In this document: positions 19,705 through 29,105 of the stretch, piece after piece
Layout of the letters: every line of letters starts with the position of its first letter
Position numbering within the stretch: position 1 is the first letter of the stretch
Source: Candidatus Calditenuaceae archaeon HR02
GTDB taxonomy: Archaea > Thermoproteota > Nitrososphaeria_A > Caldarchaeales > Calditenuaceae
Direction: 5' to 3'
Length of the DNA stretch: 64,000 nt
Assembly (NCBI GenBank): GCA_002898395.1
Contig: BEHE01000004.1
Location: 52,181-116,180, forward strand
The notes under the pieces: generated by a model
What the model saw: the letters and a program-made list of their open reading frames with translations, nothing else
Database searches by the model: none
What the model was told of the DNA's origin: nothing
Position numbers and translations under genes: made by a program

Positions 19705-19809
19705 GGGAGGGGGTGAGTTTTCGTCTGCGCTTCATCATATTTCTGCCGATGCTTTTCTTCAGAATCTCACAAATCTTCCACCAGTCCTTCATTTCTCCTA
19801 TCTCATCCC
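19705..19809 (-). repeat. Repeat A, copy 1 (tRNA-3'-associated, 105 bp)
   Basis: Reverse complement matches 38968..39072 at 95/105 positions with no gaps (hand alignment). Confidence 0.93.
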
Positions 19810-19840
19810 TGTGATGCCGTATCGTCTGTGTTGAGAGTTC

Positions 19841-19992
19841 GATACCCCCGACGCTAGTAGTGGTGCGTATGGTAGGGGGTTTAAATACTGCTCAAAACAC
19901 CAACAACACATAAACACAGAACAGATTATGATGTCCTAGATGCAACACAAAACAAAGAAACAAGTCAAAAAGATAGGAGGCTGGGGATAATC
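19841..19992 (-). repeat. Repeat B, copy 1 (about 150 bp, AT-rich, contains TATTTAAA)
   Basis: Reverse complement matches 63563..63705 at about 123/141 aligned positions, with one 11-nt and one 2-nt indel. Confidence 0.9.
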
Positions 19993-20313
19993 CATTCAGT
20001 TCACGGGCGTAGGCATGGCCCTCCTAAGTATCTGATCTGATATGTTCATAGTTACTGAGTTGGGTGTAGTTGTGACTAATACGATGTTTTCCAGGCCGAG
20101 GGGTATTATTTGGCGTCTACTCAGTAATGAGAAGATGGGGGAGATACCGCTGCTCAAGAGGTTTAAGCAAACCTAACCCCGTCATGATCGGTTAAACATT
20201 TATAGGATCGACTATGTGTAATAGCCAGACTCATGACAACACTTATTACATCCATTATAGACCGTTTTTAGCCTGTTCCACATTCTCTAAAAGCTGGCGT
20301 CCAGCCCAAGTAT

Positions 20314-22638
20314 CTATCTTCTGAGCCGAGAAGACTTTAGTGCGGCTATCGCCGCCTGCCCTAGCGCTATTCCGCCATCCCCAGCCGGTACCTCTCTCGG
20401 CAAAAGAATGTCGAGCCCTTTATCCCCGAGAGCCTCCCTAAGACCCTGGTATATGTATTCGTTTACAGCAGCTCCGCCTGATAGGGCTACAAACCTTCGC
20501 CCCTCTATAAAGTGGCTAGCCACAAGTCCGAGACCATATCCTACGGCGTGCTGCACCATGTAGCCTATCTCCCGCCTATCAGCCCCGCCCCTTAAGAGGT
20601 CGAGTGCCTGTAGGAGTATCTCGGCTGTATCTACCGTGTATATCCCCCTGTCTTTGACATGTACCTTAAGCCTCTCTGTGGTTGGCTTTGAGTTGTCCTC
20701 GAGCACGATCGCTGGTTCACCCTCGTAGGTCCGGCGGCTGCAGAAGCCCAGCATTACAGATGAGGCGTCTAACACTCTGCCAGTGCTCGAAGTGAGTGGT
20801 AGGTCGCCTTCGAGTTGGTTTAACAGGATGTGAAACTCCTCCCATCCTCTCCTAAATCCCCTCTCGACAATTTTCATCTCGCGAAAGACCTCTGAAATCT
20901 CTTCTCTAGACAGCTTGTCAGAGAGTATTCCAGCCAACATTCTTGCAGGATATTCTACCGCTAGGTCTCCTCCCGGCATTTTCTGGGGTTTGAGGCATCC
21001 CACCCTCTTGAATCCGTTCAGACTAGCTAGAAGAACCTCTCCACCCCAGGCTGACCCATCGGACCCAAGCCCAACACCATCAACCGCAATTCCCACCACC
21101 TCTTCTTCACAGATACCGTGCTCCGCCATGACGGCTGCTATGTGAGCCCAGTGGTGCTGAATCTTAAGAAGCTCGGCACCATACTTTCTAGACCATTCTT
21201 CGGCGAGAAGCGTGGAGGGGTAGAGAGGGTGTAAGTCGGCCACCATGACTGAGGACCCAAGAGGTATCTGGTACGTTTTTATTAGTAGTCCCAAATATTT
21301 CTCCAAGTCTAGGAAGGACCCATATTCATCTACGTCACCTATAAACTGTGTCAGGACAATCTTATCATCAAATGCCACTGCGCCCGCGCTCTGCAGCATA
21401 GCACCAAACGCAACAACCTTCCTCGAAGTGTGGAATGGGAGCTGGATCCACCTGGGCGCGTACCCCCTGCCCCTCCTTAGGAGTGTCAACCTATCTGCCG
21501 TGAAGCGGGCCACGCTGTCATCAACTCGATTCACAATCACTCTATTGTGTGTGAGGAAATAGTCGACTATTCCGCGCAGCCTGTCAAAGGAATCTTCATC
21601 GCTAGTGCACATAGGCTCGTTGTGAGGGTTACCACTCGTCATTATTGCGTATTTATCCCGTATCCAAGATAGGAGAAGGTAGTGTAGGCCGGTGTAGGGG
21701 AGGAATACACCTAGCTTCCTCAGGTTGGGTGCGACGAGGCGGGATATGGGCGCGTCATCAAGCATAGGCAAAAGCAATATAGGCTTCTCAGGTGAGTCAA
21801 GTATTCTCACCGCCTCAGGTCTAAGCTCTACGAGACGCGACACGGTATATATGTCCAAGCACATGACGGCGAAGGGCTTGGTAGGCCTTCTCTTCCTAGA
21901 CCGAAGCTCAGCCAGAACGTCGTCATCAGTAGCCAAGGCCGCAATATGATAACCGCCCAACCCCTTTACTGCCACAATATGCCGAGAGTCAATCAGTCTT
22001 GCAGCCTCTTCAATAGCACGTACACCGTCGGCTAAGACTTCACCCCCACTGCTAAGGAGACGGACACTGGGACCACAGACTGGGCAGCTGATCCCCTGAG
22101 CATGAAACCTTCTCTCATCCTCGGGGTTAGAGTATTCTCTGAGACAGCTCTGGCATAAGGGGAAGTCCCTCATCGATGTGTTTTCCCTGTCATATGGAAC
22201 GCTGTATATCATGGAGTAGCGCGGTCCACAGAATGCGCAAGAGTTGAACGGGTATAGGTGCCACCTCGTCTCTGATAGTATTTCATATAGACAGTCCCTA
22301 CATATTGAGAAGTCCGGTGGAATAATTGATCTGAAGTGAGCTGAGGGGTCGCTTTGCTCGATCTTAAAGTCTGGGTAACCCTTAGGGGTAGTCTGTGTTA
22401 TCGAGTACTCGTCTATTCGCGCCTTCTCTGGCTTCAACTCCCACAGCAGTTTGATAAACTCCTCAACCCTCCCAGGTTCCCCTTCTACATGAATCTCGAC
22501 ACCGCTCCCGCCCACGTTCTTAACGTAGCCGGTTACACCTGCCAGCCTAGCAACTCTAAAAACAAATGGTCTGAAGGCGACGCCCTGCACAATTCCTGAG
22601 AGCCTCAGCCTCACAGCCTTCAAGAGATCCACCGACAA
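20314..22638 (-). CDS. hypF: Carbamoyltransferase HypF
   Basis: GIVQGVAFRPFV, two CxxCx18CxxC Zn fingers, AVKGLGGYH, DLHPLY, QHHWAH, GDGGIALGQ. Confidence 0.96.
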   Translation of the reverse strand: MSVDLLKAVRLRLSGIVQGVAFRPFVFRVARLAGVTGYVKNVGGSGVEIHVEGEPGRVEEFIKLLWELKPEKARIDEYSITQTTPKGYPDFKIEQSDPSAHFRSIIPPDFSICRDCLYEILSETRWHLYPFNSCAFCGPRYSMIYSVPYDRENTSMRDFPLCQSCLREYSNPEDERRFHAQGISCPVCGPSVRLLSSGGEVLADGVRAIEEAARLIDSRHIVAVKGLGGYHIAALATDDDVLAELRSRKRRPTKPFAVMCLDIYTVSRLVELRPEAVRILDSPEKPILLLPMLDDAPISRLVAPNLRKLGVFLPYTGLHYLLLSWIRDKYAIMTSGNPHNEPMCTSDEDSFDRLRGIVDYFLTHNRVIVNRVDDSVARFTADRLTLLRRGRGYAPRWIQLPFHTSRKVVAFGAMLQSAGAVAFDDKIVLTQFIGDVDEYGSFLDLEKYLGLLIKTYQIPLGSSVMVADLHPLYPSTLLAEEWSRKYGAELLKIQHHWAHIAAVMAEHGICEEEVVGIAVDGVGLGSDGSAWGGEVLLASLNGFKRVGCLKPQKMPGGDLAVEYPARMLAGILSDKLSREEISEVFREMKIVERGFRRGWEEFHILLNQLEGDLPLTSSTGRVLDASSVMLGFCSRRTYEGEPAIVLEDNSKPTTERLKVHVKDRGIYTVDTAEILLQALDLLRGGADRREIGYMVQHAVGYGLGLVASHFIEGRRFVALSGGAAVNEYIYQGLREALGDKGLDILLPREVPAGDGGIALGQAAIAALKSSRLRR

Positions 22639-22730
22639 ATCTGGCCCTGAGAATGTCTACTCATATCGTGCGGGTGTTGCGATATATAAGGATGATAACC
22701 TTATTAAATCTTTGAGATGATGTTATATTT

Positions 22731-23900
22731 GTGGGGCAGCAAGGCGACTTAAGATACCTCACTAAGAAGATGTTTAGAGACAAAGCACTGGCATCTCAGA
22801 TAATCAAGATAATCAAAGAGTATTGGGAGATATTGCGCACTAAAAAAGGTTTTGAAGAGGTTAAGATAATGAATTTTTGTGGTACCCACGAATACACGAC
22901 AACCCACTACGGGATTAGAAGTGTACTACCTCCTGGCGTTAACCTTGTAGCGGGACCCGGATGCCCTGTCTGCATCACGCCGTCATTTTACGTGGAGACG
23001 GCTGTCAAGCTTGCTTTGGAGGGTTTAACCCTCTACACTTATGGTGACGCGTATAAGCTCCCGGCTGTAAAGGAGGTGGAGGGGTGTAGGAGCCTCTCAG
23101 ATGCCCGGATGATGGGTGCTGATGTACGGGTTGTGTATAGCTTCTTAGACGCTGTAAGAGATGCGGCTAGAGGCGATAAGTCCTCGGTCTTTTTAGCGGT
23201 TGGCTTCGAGACAACATGCCCTGCATACGCCTCGGCAATCGCTAACAGGCTTATCCCCCATAATCTAACACTTATCGTGGCTGGGAGGCTGACACCGCCT
23301 GCGGCGAGGTTCGCAGTGGAGAGGGTGGGGGCTGTTTCGGGCGTTATAGCCCCCGGCCACGTATCCACAATAACCGGCGCAGGCGTCTGGAAGTTCCTCC
23401 CCGAGGAGTTCGGCATACCCACCGTGGTCTCTGGGTTCGAGCCACTCGATGTGCTGATAGCCATCACTCTAATCCTTAAACAGTTAGTGGAGGGTGAGCC
23501 TAAGCTCATTATAGAATATTCTCGAACGGTGACGATGGAGGGGAATAGACATGCCAAGAGACTACTCTCTGAAGTCTTCGAGACAGTAGACGCTGCTTGG
23601 CGGGGAATAGGGTTCATCCCGAAGAGCGGGTATGCCCTTTACGAAAACCTCAGCCGGTACGATGCATTCAAAGTATACGGCGTCAAGGAGCCGAGTAGGG
23701 AAGAGTGGCGACACGACCTACTCCCAGGCTGTATGTGTGGGCAGGTGATACTGGGGGCGGCTAAGCCCACCGACTGCAGGCTCTTTATGAAGAGATGTAC
23801 GCCAGGCACTCCATATGGGCCTTGTATGGTGTCTGTTGAGGGGGCATGTTCGATCTGGGCTAGGATGGGTGGCCGGGAGGCTCTTGCAGAGGTGGTGTGA
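22731..23900 (+). CDS. hypD: Hydrogenase maturation protein HypD
   Basis: CGTHE, GPGCPVC, GFETT, PGHVS, GPCMVSVEGAC. Confidence 0.96.
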   Translation: MGQQGDLRYLTKKMFRDKALASQIIKIIKEYWEILRTKKGFEEVKIMNFCGTHEYTTTHYGIRSVLPPGVNLVAGPGCPVCITPSFYVETAVKLALEGLTLYTYGDAYKLPAVKEVEGCRSLSDARMMGADVRVVYSFLDAVRDAARGDKSSVFLAVGFETTCPAYASAIANRLIPHNLTLIVAGRLTPPAARFAVERVGAVSGVIAPGHVSTITGAGVWKFLPEEFGIPTVVSGFEPLDVLIAITLILKQLVEGEPKLIIEYSRTVTMEGNRHAKRLLSEVFETVDAAWRGIGFIPKSGYALYENLSRYDAFKVYGVKEPSREEWRHDLLPGCMCGQVILGAAKPTDCRLFMKRCTPGTPYGPCMVSVEGACSIWARMGGREALAEVV

Positions 23901-23901
23901 C

Positions 23902-24207
23902 TTGTGTTTAGGGGTTTATGGTAAGGTGGTAAGAGTTGAGGAAGAGTTAGCAGTCGTAGACTTCGGAGGCGGACTGACTAAAGACGCTCTAGTGGGAGTG
24001 GAGGAGATTAGAGAAGGAGACTATGTGGTGGTTCACGCAGGGACTATAGTTTCGCGGCTCAGCGATGAAGAATTTATGGAGGTCTTCCGGTATGTCGAGG
24101 AGGCCGCTAAACAGTTGGCCCAAATTGAGAGTAGGGCTGCTGAATACTTGGAGAGTATAAAGATGAGACTCGAGAAACTCGAGGAAAACCTCTCGAGACA
24201 AAAGTGA
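23902..24207 (+). CDS. hypC: Hydrogenase chaperone HypC
   Basis: TTG at 23902 gives the canonical MCLGV N-terminus. GDYVVVHAG motif. Confidence 0.92.
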   Translation: MCLGVYGKVVRVEEELAVVDFGGGLTKDALVGVEEIREGDYVVVHAGTIVSRLSDEEFMEVFRYVEEAAKQLAQIESRAAEYLESIKMRLEKLEENLSRQK

Positions 24208-24214
24208 AAACACT

Positions 24215-25240
24215 TTGAGCAAGATTTCCCTCGCACATGGCTCTGGAGGGATAGAAACCTCCCAGCTACTAACGAGGCTGATACTTAACAGGCTGCCCGA
24301 ATGGATGAAGAGTCTTAGGGGAGGCCTAGGCTTAGACTTCCCGGACGACTCGGCTGCAATTCCAATAGGGGAGGGCTATATTGTCACAACAATTGACGCC
24401 TACACTGTAAGCCCCATCTTTTTCCCGGGAGGAGACCTAGGGAAGCTGGCAGCGGCTGGGACGATAAACGACATCCTCATGCTAGGAGGAAGGCCAGTCG
24501 CCGTTCTCGACGCAATAGTTATTGAGGAGGGGACGAACATAGATGATCTCTCAAGGATAGTTGATTCTATGATCAGTGTTTTGCGGGAGGAAAAGATATG
24601 TCTGGTGGGCGGAGACATTAAGGTAATGCCGAGAGGGCAGCTAGACTCTATTTTAATAACTACTGCAGGCATAGGTGTCGCGTCGAGGATAATAGTAGAT
24701 AAAAACATCAGACCCGGCGACAAGATAATTATATCAGGGTATATTGGTGAACATGGAGCGGCGATTCTGGCTGCCCAACAGGGAATAAAGTCCGATGAGT
24801 TTAAGAGCGATGTATCGCCCCTAACCAAGCTAATGCTACCCCTAATCGAGGGCTATGCTGGAGATATTCACGCTGCTAGGGATCCTACTCGAGGTGGAGT
24901 CGCCATGGCATTGAACGACTGGGCTAGGGGCTCCCAGACAATGATTGTATTGTATGAGTCAGAGTTACCAATAAGAGAACCAGTAGTAAACCTCTGCGAG
25001 ATGATGGGGGTAGACCCTTTGAACATAGCCTCTGAAGGCACAACACTACTAGCTGTGTCCCCTGATAAGGCGGAGGAGGTGCTATGCCGAATGCATGAGC
25101 TGGGGTATAGGGAGGCGCGTATAATAGGAGAGGCTAGGGAGAGAGCCTCTAGCGTCGGGTTGGTTGTCCTTAAAACCTTGATTGGAGGTGCAAGAATACT
25201 TGAGCCACCTAGCGGAGAGTTGGTTCCACGTATCTGCTAA
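24215..25240 (+). CDS. hypE: Hydrogenase maturation protein HypE
   Basis: LAHGSGG, FFPGGDLGKLA, RDPTRGG, C-terminal PRIC. Confidence 0.96.
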   Translation: MSKISLAHGSGGIETSQLLTRLILNRLPEWMKSLRGGLGLDFPDDSAAIPIGEGYIVTTIDAYTVSPIFFPGGDLGKLAAAGTINDILMLGGRPVAVLDAIVIEEGTNIDDLSRIVDSMISVLREEKICLVGGDIKVMPRGQLDSILITTAGIGVASRIIVDKNIRPGDKIIISGYIGEHGAAILAAQQGIKSDEFKSDVSPLTKLMLPLIEGYAGDIHAARDPTRGGVAMALNDWARGSQTMIVLYESELPIREPVVNLCEMMGVDPLNIASEGTTLLAVSPDKAEEVLCRMHELGYREARIIGEARERASSVGLVVLKTLIGGARILEPPSGELVPRIC

Positions 25241-25256
25241 ATGTTCGGGATAATGA

Positions 25257-26969
25257 TTAGCTGCCGCCAGTTCCGCCAGTTAAGCGGGCTTTCTCCTCAT
25301 CCCTAAGCACCCTCCTCAGAACCTTACCGACCATAGTTGTCGGTAGCTCTTTTCTAAACTCAACCTCCCTTATCGCCTTATACGGCGCGACACGTTCATT
25401 CACAAACTTCATAATCTCCTCCTCGGTTGCCGTAGCACCCTCTCTCAAGACGACAAAAGCCTTAGGGATCTCCCCAGCCACAGAGTCCGGCTTTCCCACC
25501 ACTGCAGCAAGCTTTACGGCGGGATGCTCATATAGTATGTCCTCCAGCTCACGCGGGTAAACGCTGTATCCCTTATACTTGATCAGGTCTTTCTTCCGGT
25601 CGGTTATATAGAAGTAGCCATCCTCATCCATCTTGGCGAGGTCACCGGTGTAGAGCCACCCGTCACGCAGAACCATACTTGTTTCCTCCGGCCTCTTCCA
25701 GTACCCCTTCATGACCTGTGGCCCCTTCACCACTAGCTCCCCGATCTCCCCGACCGGTAGTTCCCGCGTTCCCGTCTCAGCGTCCACTATCTTAGCATCT
25801 GTACTGGGCCAGGGTATCCCTATTGACCCAACCTTGACAGTCTTCATCGTGGGATCTAGTGGGTTACAATGTGTTACTGGCGCCGCCTCGGTTAAACCGT
25901 ACCCCTCCACCAACACAGCACCCGTCAGCTCCATGAATCTTTTCTGGACCTCGGGTGGGAGTGGAGCTGCACCTGAGATGCAGAACTTCACCGATCTTAG
26001 ATTGTATTTTGAGACTTGGGGGTGGTTGACTATCATAGCATATAGTGTGGGGACGCCTGGAAATAGTGTGACTTTATACTTTTGTATCGACTTTAACACC
26101 TCGAGGACATCGAACCTTGGCAACACAACCATTGTCCCCCCAGCATAGATTGTGAAATTCATGCTAACAGTCATGCCGTAAATGTGGAAGAAGGGCAGGA
26201 CGGCGAGCCCCACATCAACACCCTTTTCAGCCCTAAGCCAGGCTGCGCATCCAACCGCATTGGCGACTAGGTTCTCGTGTGTCAGCATGGCGCCCTTCGG
26301 CAAACCTGTTGTACCGCCGGTGTATTGTAGCACCGCGAGGTCCTCCTTGGGATTAATTTCTACTGCAGGCGGTTCCGCTGAAGTCCTTTCAACCAGCTCT
26401 TTGAAGAAGTAAATATTCGGTCCCGGCGGTATCTTAGCCGTGGGTATCTTCTTTAGCAGGGTTCCCAGCACCGCTTTGATCCTAGGCATATACTCTCCCA
26501 GCCGCGTTACCACAGCAAACTTGATCTGGGTTTTCTCCCAAACCTTTTCAAACCTCGGATAGAGGGCGTCGAGCAGGACGATGGCCTTTGCTTCCGAATC
26601 TGCTAACTGGAACTCAAGCTCTCTCTCAACGACCAGAGGGCTAACCCCAGACACAATACCCCCTAGCTTCAGAACGGCATAGTAAGCAATCACGAACTGG
26701 GGCATGTTTGGAAGGTAGAGGGCGACTACATCCCCCTTCCCAATTCCTAGTCGGTGTAGAGCGGTTGCGAAACGATCTACAAGGTTGTTTAACTCGCCAT
26801 ATGAGATCCTCTTCCCAAAGAAGACGATGCAGGTCTTCGCCGGAAATTCTTTCGCACTCCTCTCTAGGAAGGTGTGCAATGGAACATTCGGATACTCAAG
26901 GGTCTTCGGAACACCTTCAGGCCAAAACTTAAACCAGGGCCTATCCATAAAGCTACTCCTTTCCTCCAT
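25257..26969 (-). CDS. fadD: Long-chain fatty acid-CoA ligase (FadD family)
   Basis: YTGGTTGLPKG, EGYGLTE, TGDL, DRKKDLIK. Start placed at ATG 26969, whereas the ORF track extends to 27053. Confidence 0.92.
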   Translation of the reverse strand: MEERSSFMDRPWFKFWPEGVPKTLEYPNVPLHTFLERSAKEFPAKTCIVFFGKRISYGELNNLVDRFATALHRLGIGKGDVVALYLPNMPQFVIAYYAVLKLGGIVSGVSPLVVERELEFQLADSEAKAIVLLDALYPRFEKVWEKTQIKFAVVTRLGEYMPRIKAVLGTLLKKIPTAKIPPGPNIYFFKELVERTSAEPPAVEINPKEDLAVLQYTGGTTGLPKGAMLTHENLVANAVGCAAWLRAEKGVDVGLAVLPFFHIYGMTVSMNFTIYAGGTMVVLPRFDVLEVLKSIQKYKVTLFPGVPTLYAMIVNHPQVSKYNLRSVKFCISGAAPLPPEVQKRFMELTGAVLVEGYGLTEAAPVTHCNPLDPTMKTVKVGSIGIPWPSTDAKIVDAETGTRELPVGEIGELVVKGPQVMKGYWKRPEETSMVLRDGWLYTGDLAKMDEDGYFYITDRKKDLIKYKGYSVYPRELEDILYEHPAVKLAAVVGKPDSVAGEIPKAFVVLREGATATEEEIMKFVNERVAPYKAIREVEFRKELPTTMVGKVLRRVLRDEEKARLTGGTGGS

Positions 26970-27092
26970 ACATTCCCCTATATATTTTCCTTTATATAAA
27001 AACTTTTTACTCGGCTCATAGAGTGCCGGAAAGTTAGAAGAAAATCTCAACACTGATGAATTCCTGAATTCCGGGCAGTGTGCATTGAACGC

Positions 27093-27124
27093 TTATATAA
27101 TTCTAAACACAATATATTATATTG
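27093..27124 (+). promoter_or_regulatory. TATA-like box (TTATATAA) followed by inverted repeat CAATATA-T-TATATTG
   Basis: TATA-like box at 27093-27100 and palindrome at 27110-27124, just upstream of ATG 27132. Confidence 0.45.
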
Positions 27125-27131
27125 AGCCCAT

Positions 27132-28283
27132 ATGGATTTTAGTCTTAGTGAGGAGCAGTTAGAGATTAAGAGAGCCGTAAGAGAATTTTGCGAGAAGGAG
27201 TTTAAGCCCGAGCTCGCGTTAGAGCTGGACCAGAAAGAGGAGTTCCCCATGGAGCTGTATAGGAAGGCTGCAAGCCTAGGGTTCGTTGGCATCGCAATCC
27301 CCGAGCAGTATGGCGGGCAGGGCTACGGATATCTCGAGGCATGTCTTGTAGTCGAGGAAATGTGTAGGGCTGACTCTTCTCTAGGCCTCGCAACAATGAT
27401 CGGGTCTTTTGGAAGCGAGCTCATACTTGCGTATGGCACGGAGGAGCAGAAGGAGAAGTACATCCCAAGGGTCGCGCGCGGAGAGTATATATCGGCCGCG
27501 GCCTTTACAGAGCCGGGAAGGGGCAGCGACCTCACCAAGATGGACACGACCGCTATCAAATACGGTGACGAATGGAGGATAAACGGAACCAAGACCTTCA
27601 TAACAAATGCTCCTATAGCGGATTTTATCATAGTTCTTTGCCAGACAGATACCCGTGTCCGGCCGACTTATCGTGGACAAACTCTCTTCGTAGTCGACAA
27701 GGGAGTTCCGGGCCTAGAGGTGACGAAACAGAAGAATAAACTTGGCATAAGGTGTACCGCCACAGGGGAGGTCTCACTCAGGGACGTAAAGGTCTCTGAT
27801 GCAAACATTGTAGGTCAGCTCAACCGCGGATTTTATCACTCCCTAGAGTTTTTCGACAGAAGCAGGACCATTGTCGCAGCGCAAGCTGTGGGTACGGCTC
27901 AAGGCGCCTTCGAGATAGCGCTTAGATATGCCAAGACTAGGGAGGCTTTCGGCCAACCTATAATACAGTTCGAAGAGATTGGGTGCAGGCTTGCCGAGAT
28001 TGCGACCAAAATAGAGGCAGCGAGACTCCTCACATACAAGGCTGCCTCACTGATTGATAAAGGACAGATGGACCCCATGCTGACATCGATGGCAAAGCTC
28101 TACGCCAGTAGGGTTGCTGTAGAGGCTACTGACGCTGCGATCCAGACGCTCGGAGGCTACGGGTACATGGGCGAATACAGGGTGGAGAAGTATTTCAGGG
28201 ATGCAAAGATAACAGAGATATATGAGGGGACCTCCGAGATACAGAAGCTCACAATATTGAAATACCTGTTACAGAAATACTAG
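27132..28283 (+). CDS. Acyl-CoA dehydrogenase
   Basis: AFTEPGRGSD, INGTKTFITN, REAFGQPI, QTLGGYGY, IYEGTSEIQ. Confidence 0.96.
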   Translation: MDFSLSEEQLEIKRAVREFCEKEFKPELALELDQKEEFPMELYRKAASLGFVGIAIPEQYGGQGYGYLEACLVVEEMCRADSSLGLATMIGSFGSELILAYGTEEQKEKYIPRVARGEYISAAAFTEPGRGSDLTKMDTTAIKYGDEWRINGTKTFITNAPIADFIIVLCQTDTRVRPTYRGQTLFVVDKGVPGLEVTKQKNKLGIRCTATGEVSLRDVKVSDANIVGQLNRGFYHSLEFFDRSRTIVAAQAVGTAQGAFEIALRYAKTREAFGQPIIQFEEIGCRLAEIATKIEAARLLTYKAASLIDKGQMDPMLTSMAKLYASRVAVEATDAAIQTLGGYGYMGEYRVEKYFRDAKITEIYEGTSEIQKLTILKYLLQKY

Positions 28284-28297
28284 GTGTGTGGTGAAGC

Positions 28298-29089
28298 TTG
28301 TCTCGGCCTTCTTACGAGACTATCAAACTTGAGCGAGAGGATCGTGTGGCCTGGATAGTACTGAACAGGCCGCACAGATTGAACGCGTTTAATGAGGACA
28401 TGATCCTAGAGCTACTTGACGCCTTAAACACAGTTGAGGATGACCCAGGAGTTAGGTGTGTGGTCATTACGGGGGAAGGTGACAGGGCCTTCAGTGCGGG
28501 TGCTGACATAACTGCCTTTCCGAAGACTACTCCCACACTTGCCGAGGAGTTGTCCCGCAAGGGACAGAAGGTCTTTTCGACTATAGAGGAGATGTCCAAG
28601 CCAGTCATAGCGGCTATTAACGGATACGCCCTAGGAGGAGGGCTTGAGCTGGCAATCTCTTGCGACTTCAGGATAGCATCAGAGCATGCCGAGTTGGGCT
28701 CTCCAGAGATTAATCTCGGGATAATACCGGGCTGGGGTGGGACTCAGAAGCTGGTAAGGCTCGTGGGGCTGAGAAATGCCAAGAGGCTAGTGTTTCTTGG
28801 CGAGAGGATAAAGGCTGAAGAGGCTCTCAGAATAGGGTTAGTAGACAAGGTGGTGCCTTTCGAAAACCTCAGGGAGGAGACAATGTCCCTTGCAAAAAAG
28901 CTGTCAGAGGGGCCGCCCATCGCATTGAGGTATGCCAAATATGCCCTCAACTTCGGCAGCCAGGTTCCACTAGAAGTAGGGCTGAGGCTGGAGTCAGCGC
29001 TGATGGCCCTGTTATTCTCTACTAACGATGTGAAGAGGGGGATTGAGGCCTTCATGTCGAGGTCCAAGCCAGAGTTTAAAGGCGACTAG
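28298..29089 (+). CDS. Enoyl-CoA hydratase (crotonase)
   Basis: LNRPHRLNA, AFSAGAD, ALGGGLE, PEINLGIIPGWGGT (both catalytic Glu present). Confidence 0.95.
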   Translation: MSRPSYETIKLEREDRVAWIVLNRPHRLNAFNEDMILELLDALNTVEDDPGVRCVVITGEGDRAFSAGADITAFPKTTPTLAEELSRKGQKVFSTIEEMSKPVIAAINGYALGGGLELAISCDFRIASEHAELGSPEINLGIIPGWGGTQKLVRLVGLRNAKRLVFLGERIKAEEALRIGLVDKVVPFENLREETMSLAKKLSEGPPIALRYAKYALNFGSQVPLEVGLRLESALMALLFSTNDVKRGIEAFMSRSKPEFKGD

Positions 29090-29105
29090 ACGGCGGGTCA
29101 GGGGC

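Noticed and set aside
19716-19764. Hammerhead ribozyme or C/D-box sRNA in repeat A (CTGAAGA, ATGATGA, GAAA)
   Set aside because: No pairing stem II, the CTGA is TTGA in the other copy, and box order and spacing do not fit.
27050-27081. C/D-like motif TGATGA-attc-CTGA inside a short ACACTG/CAGTGT stem
   Set aside because: Too short to carry guide regions and lies in a divergent promoter region, so it is likely chance.
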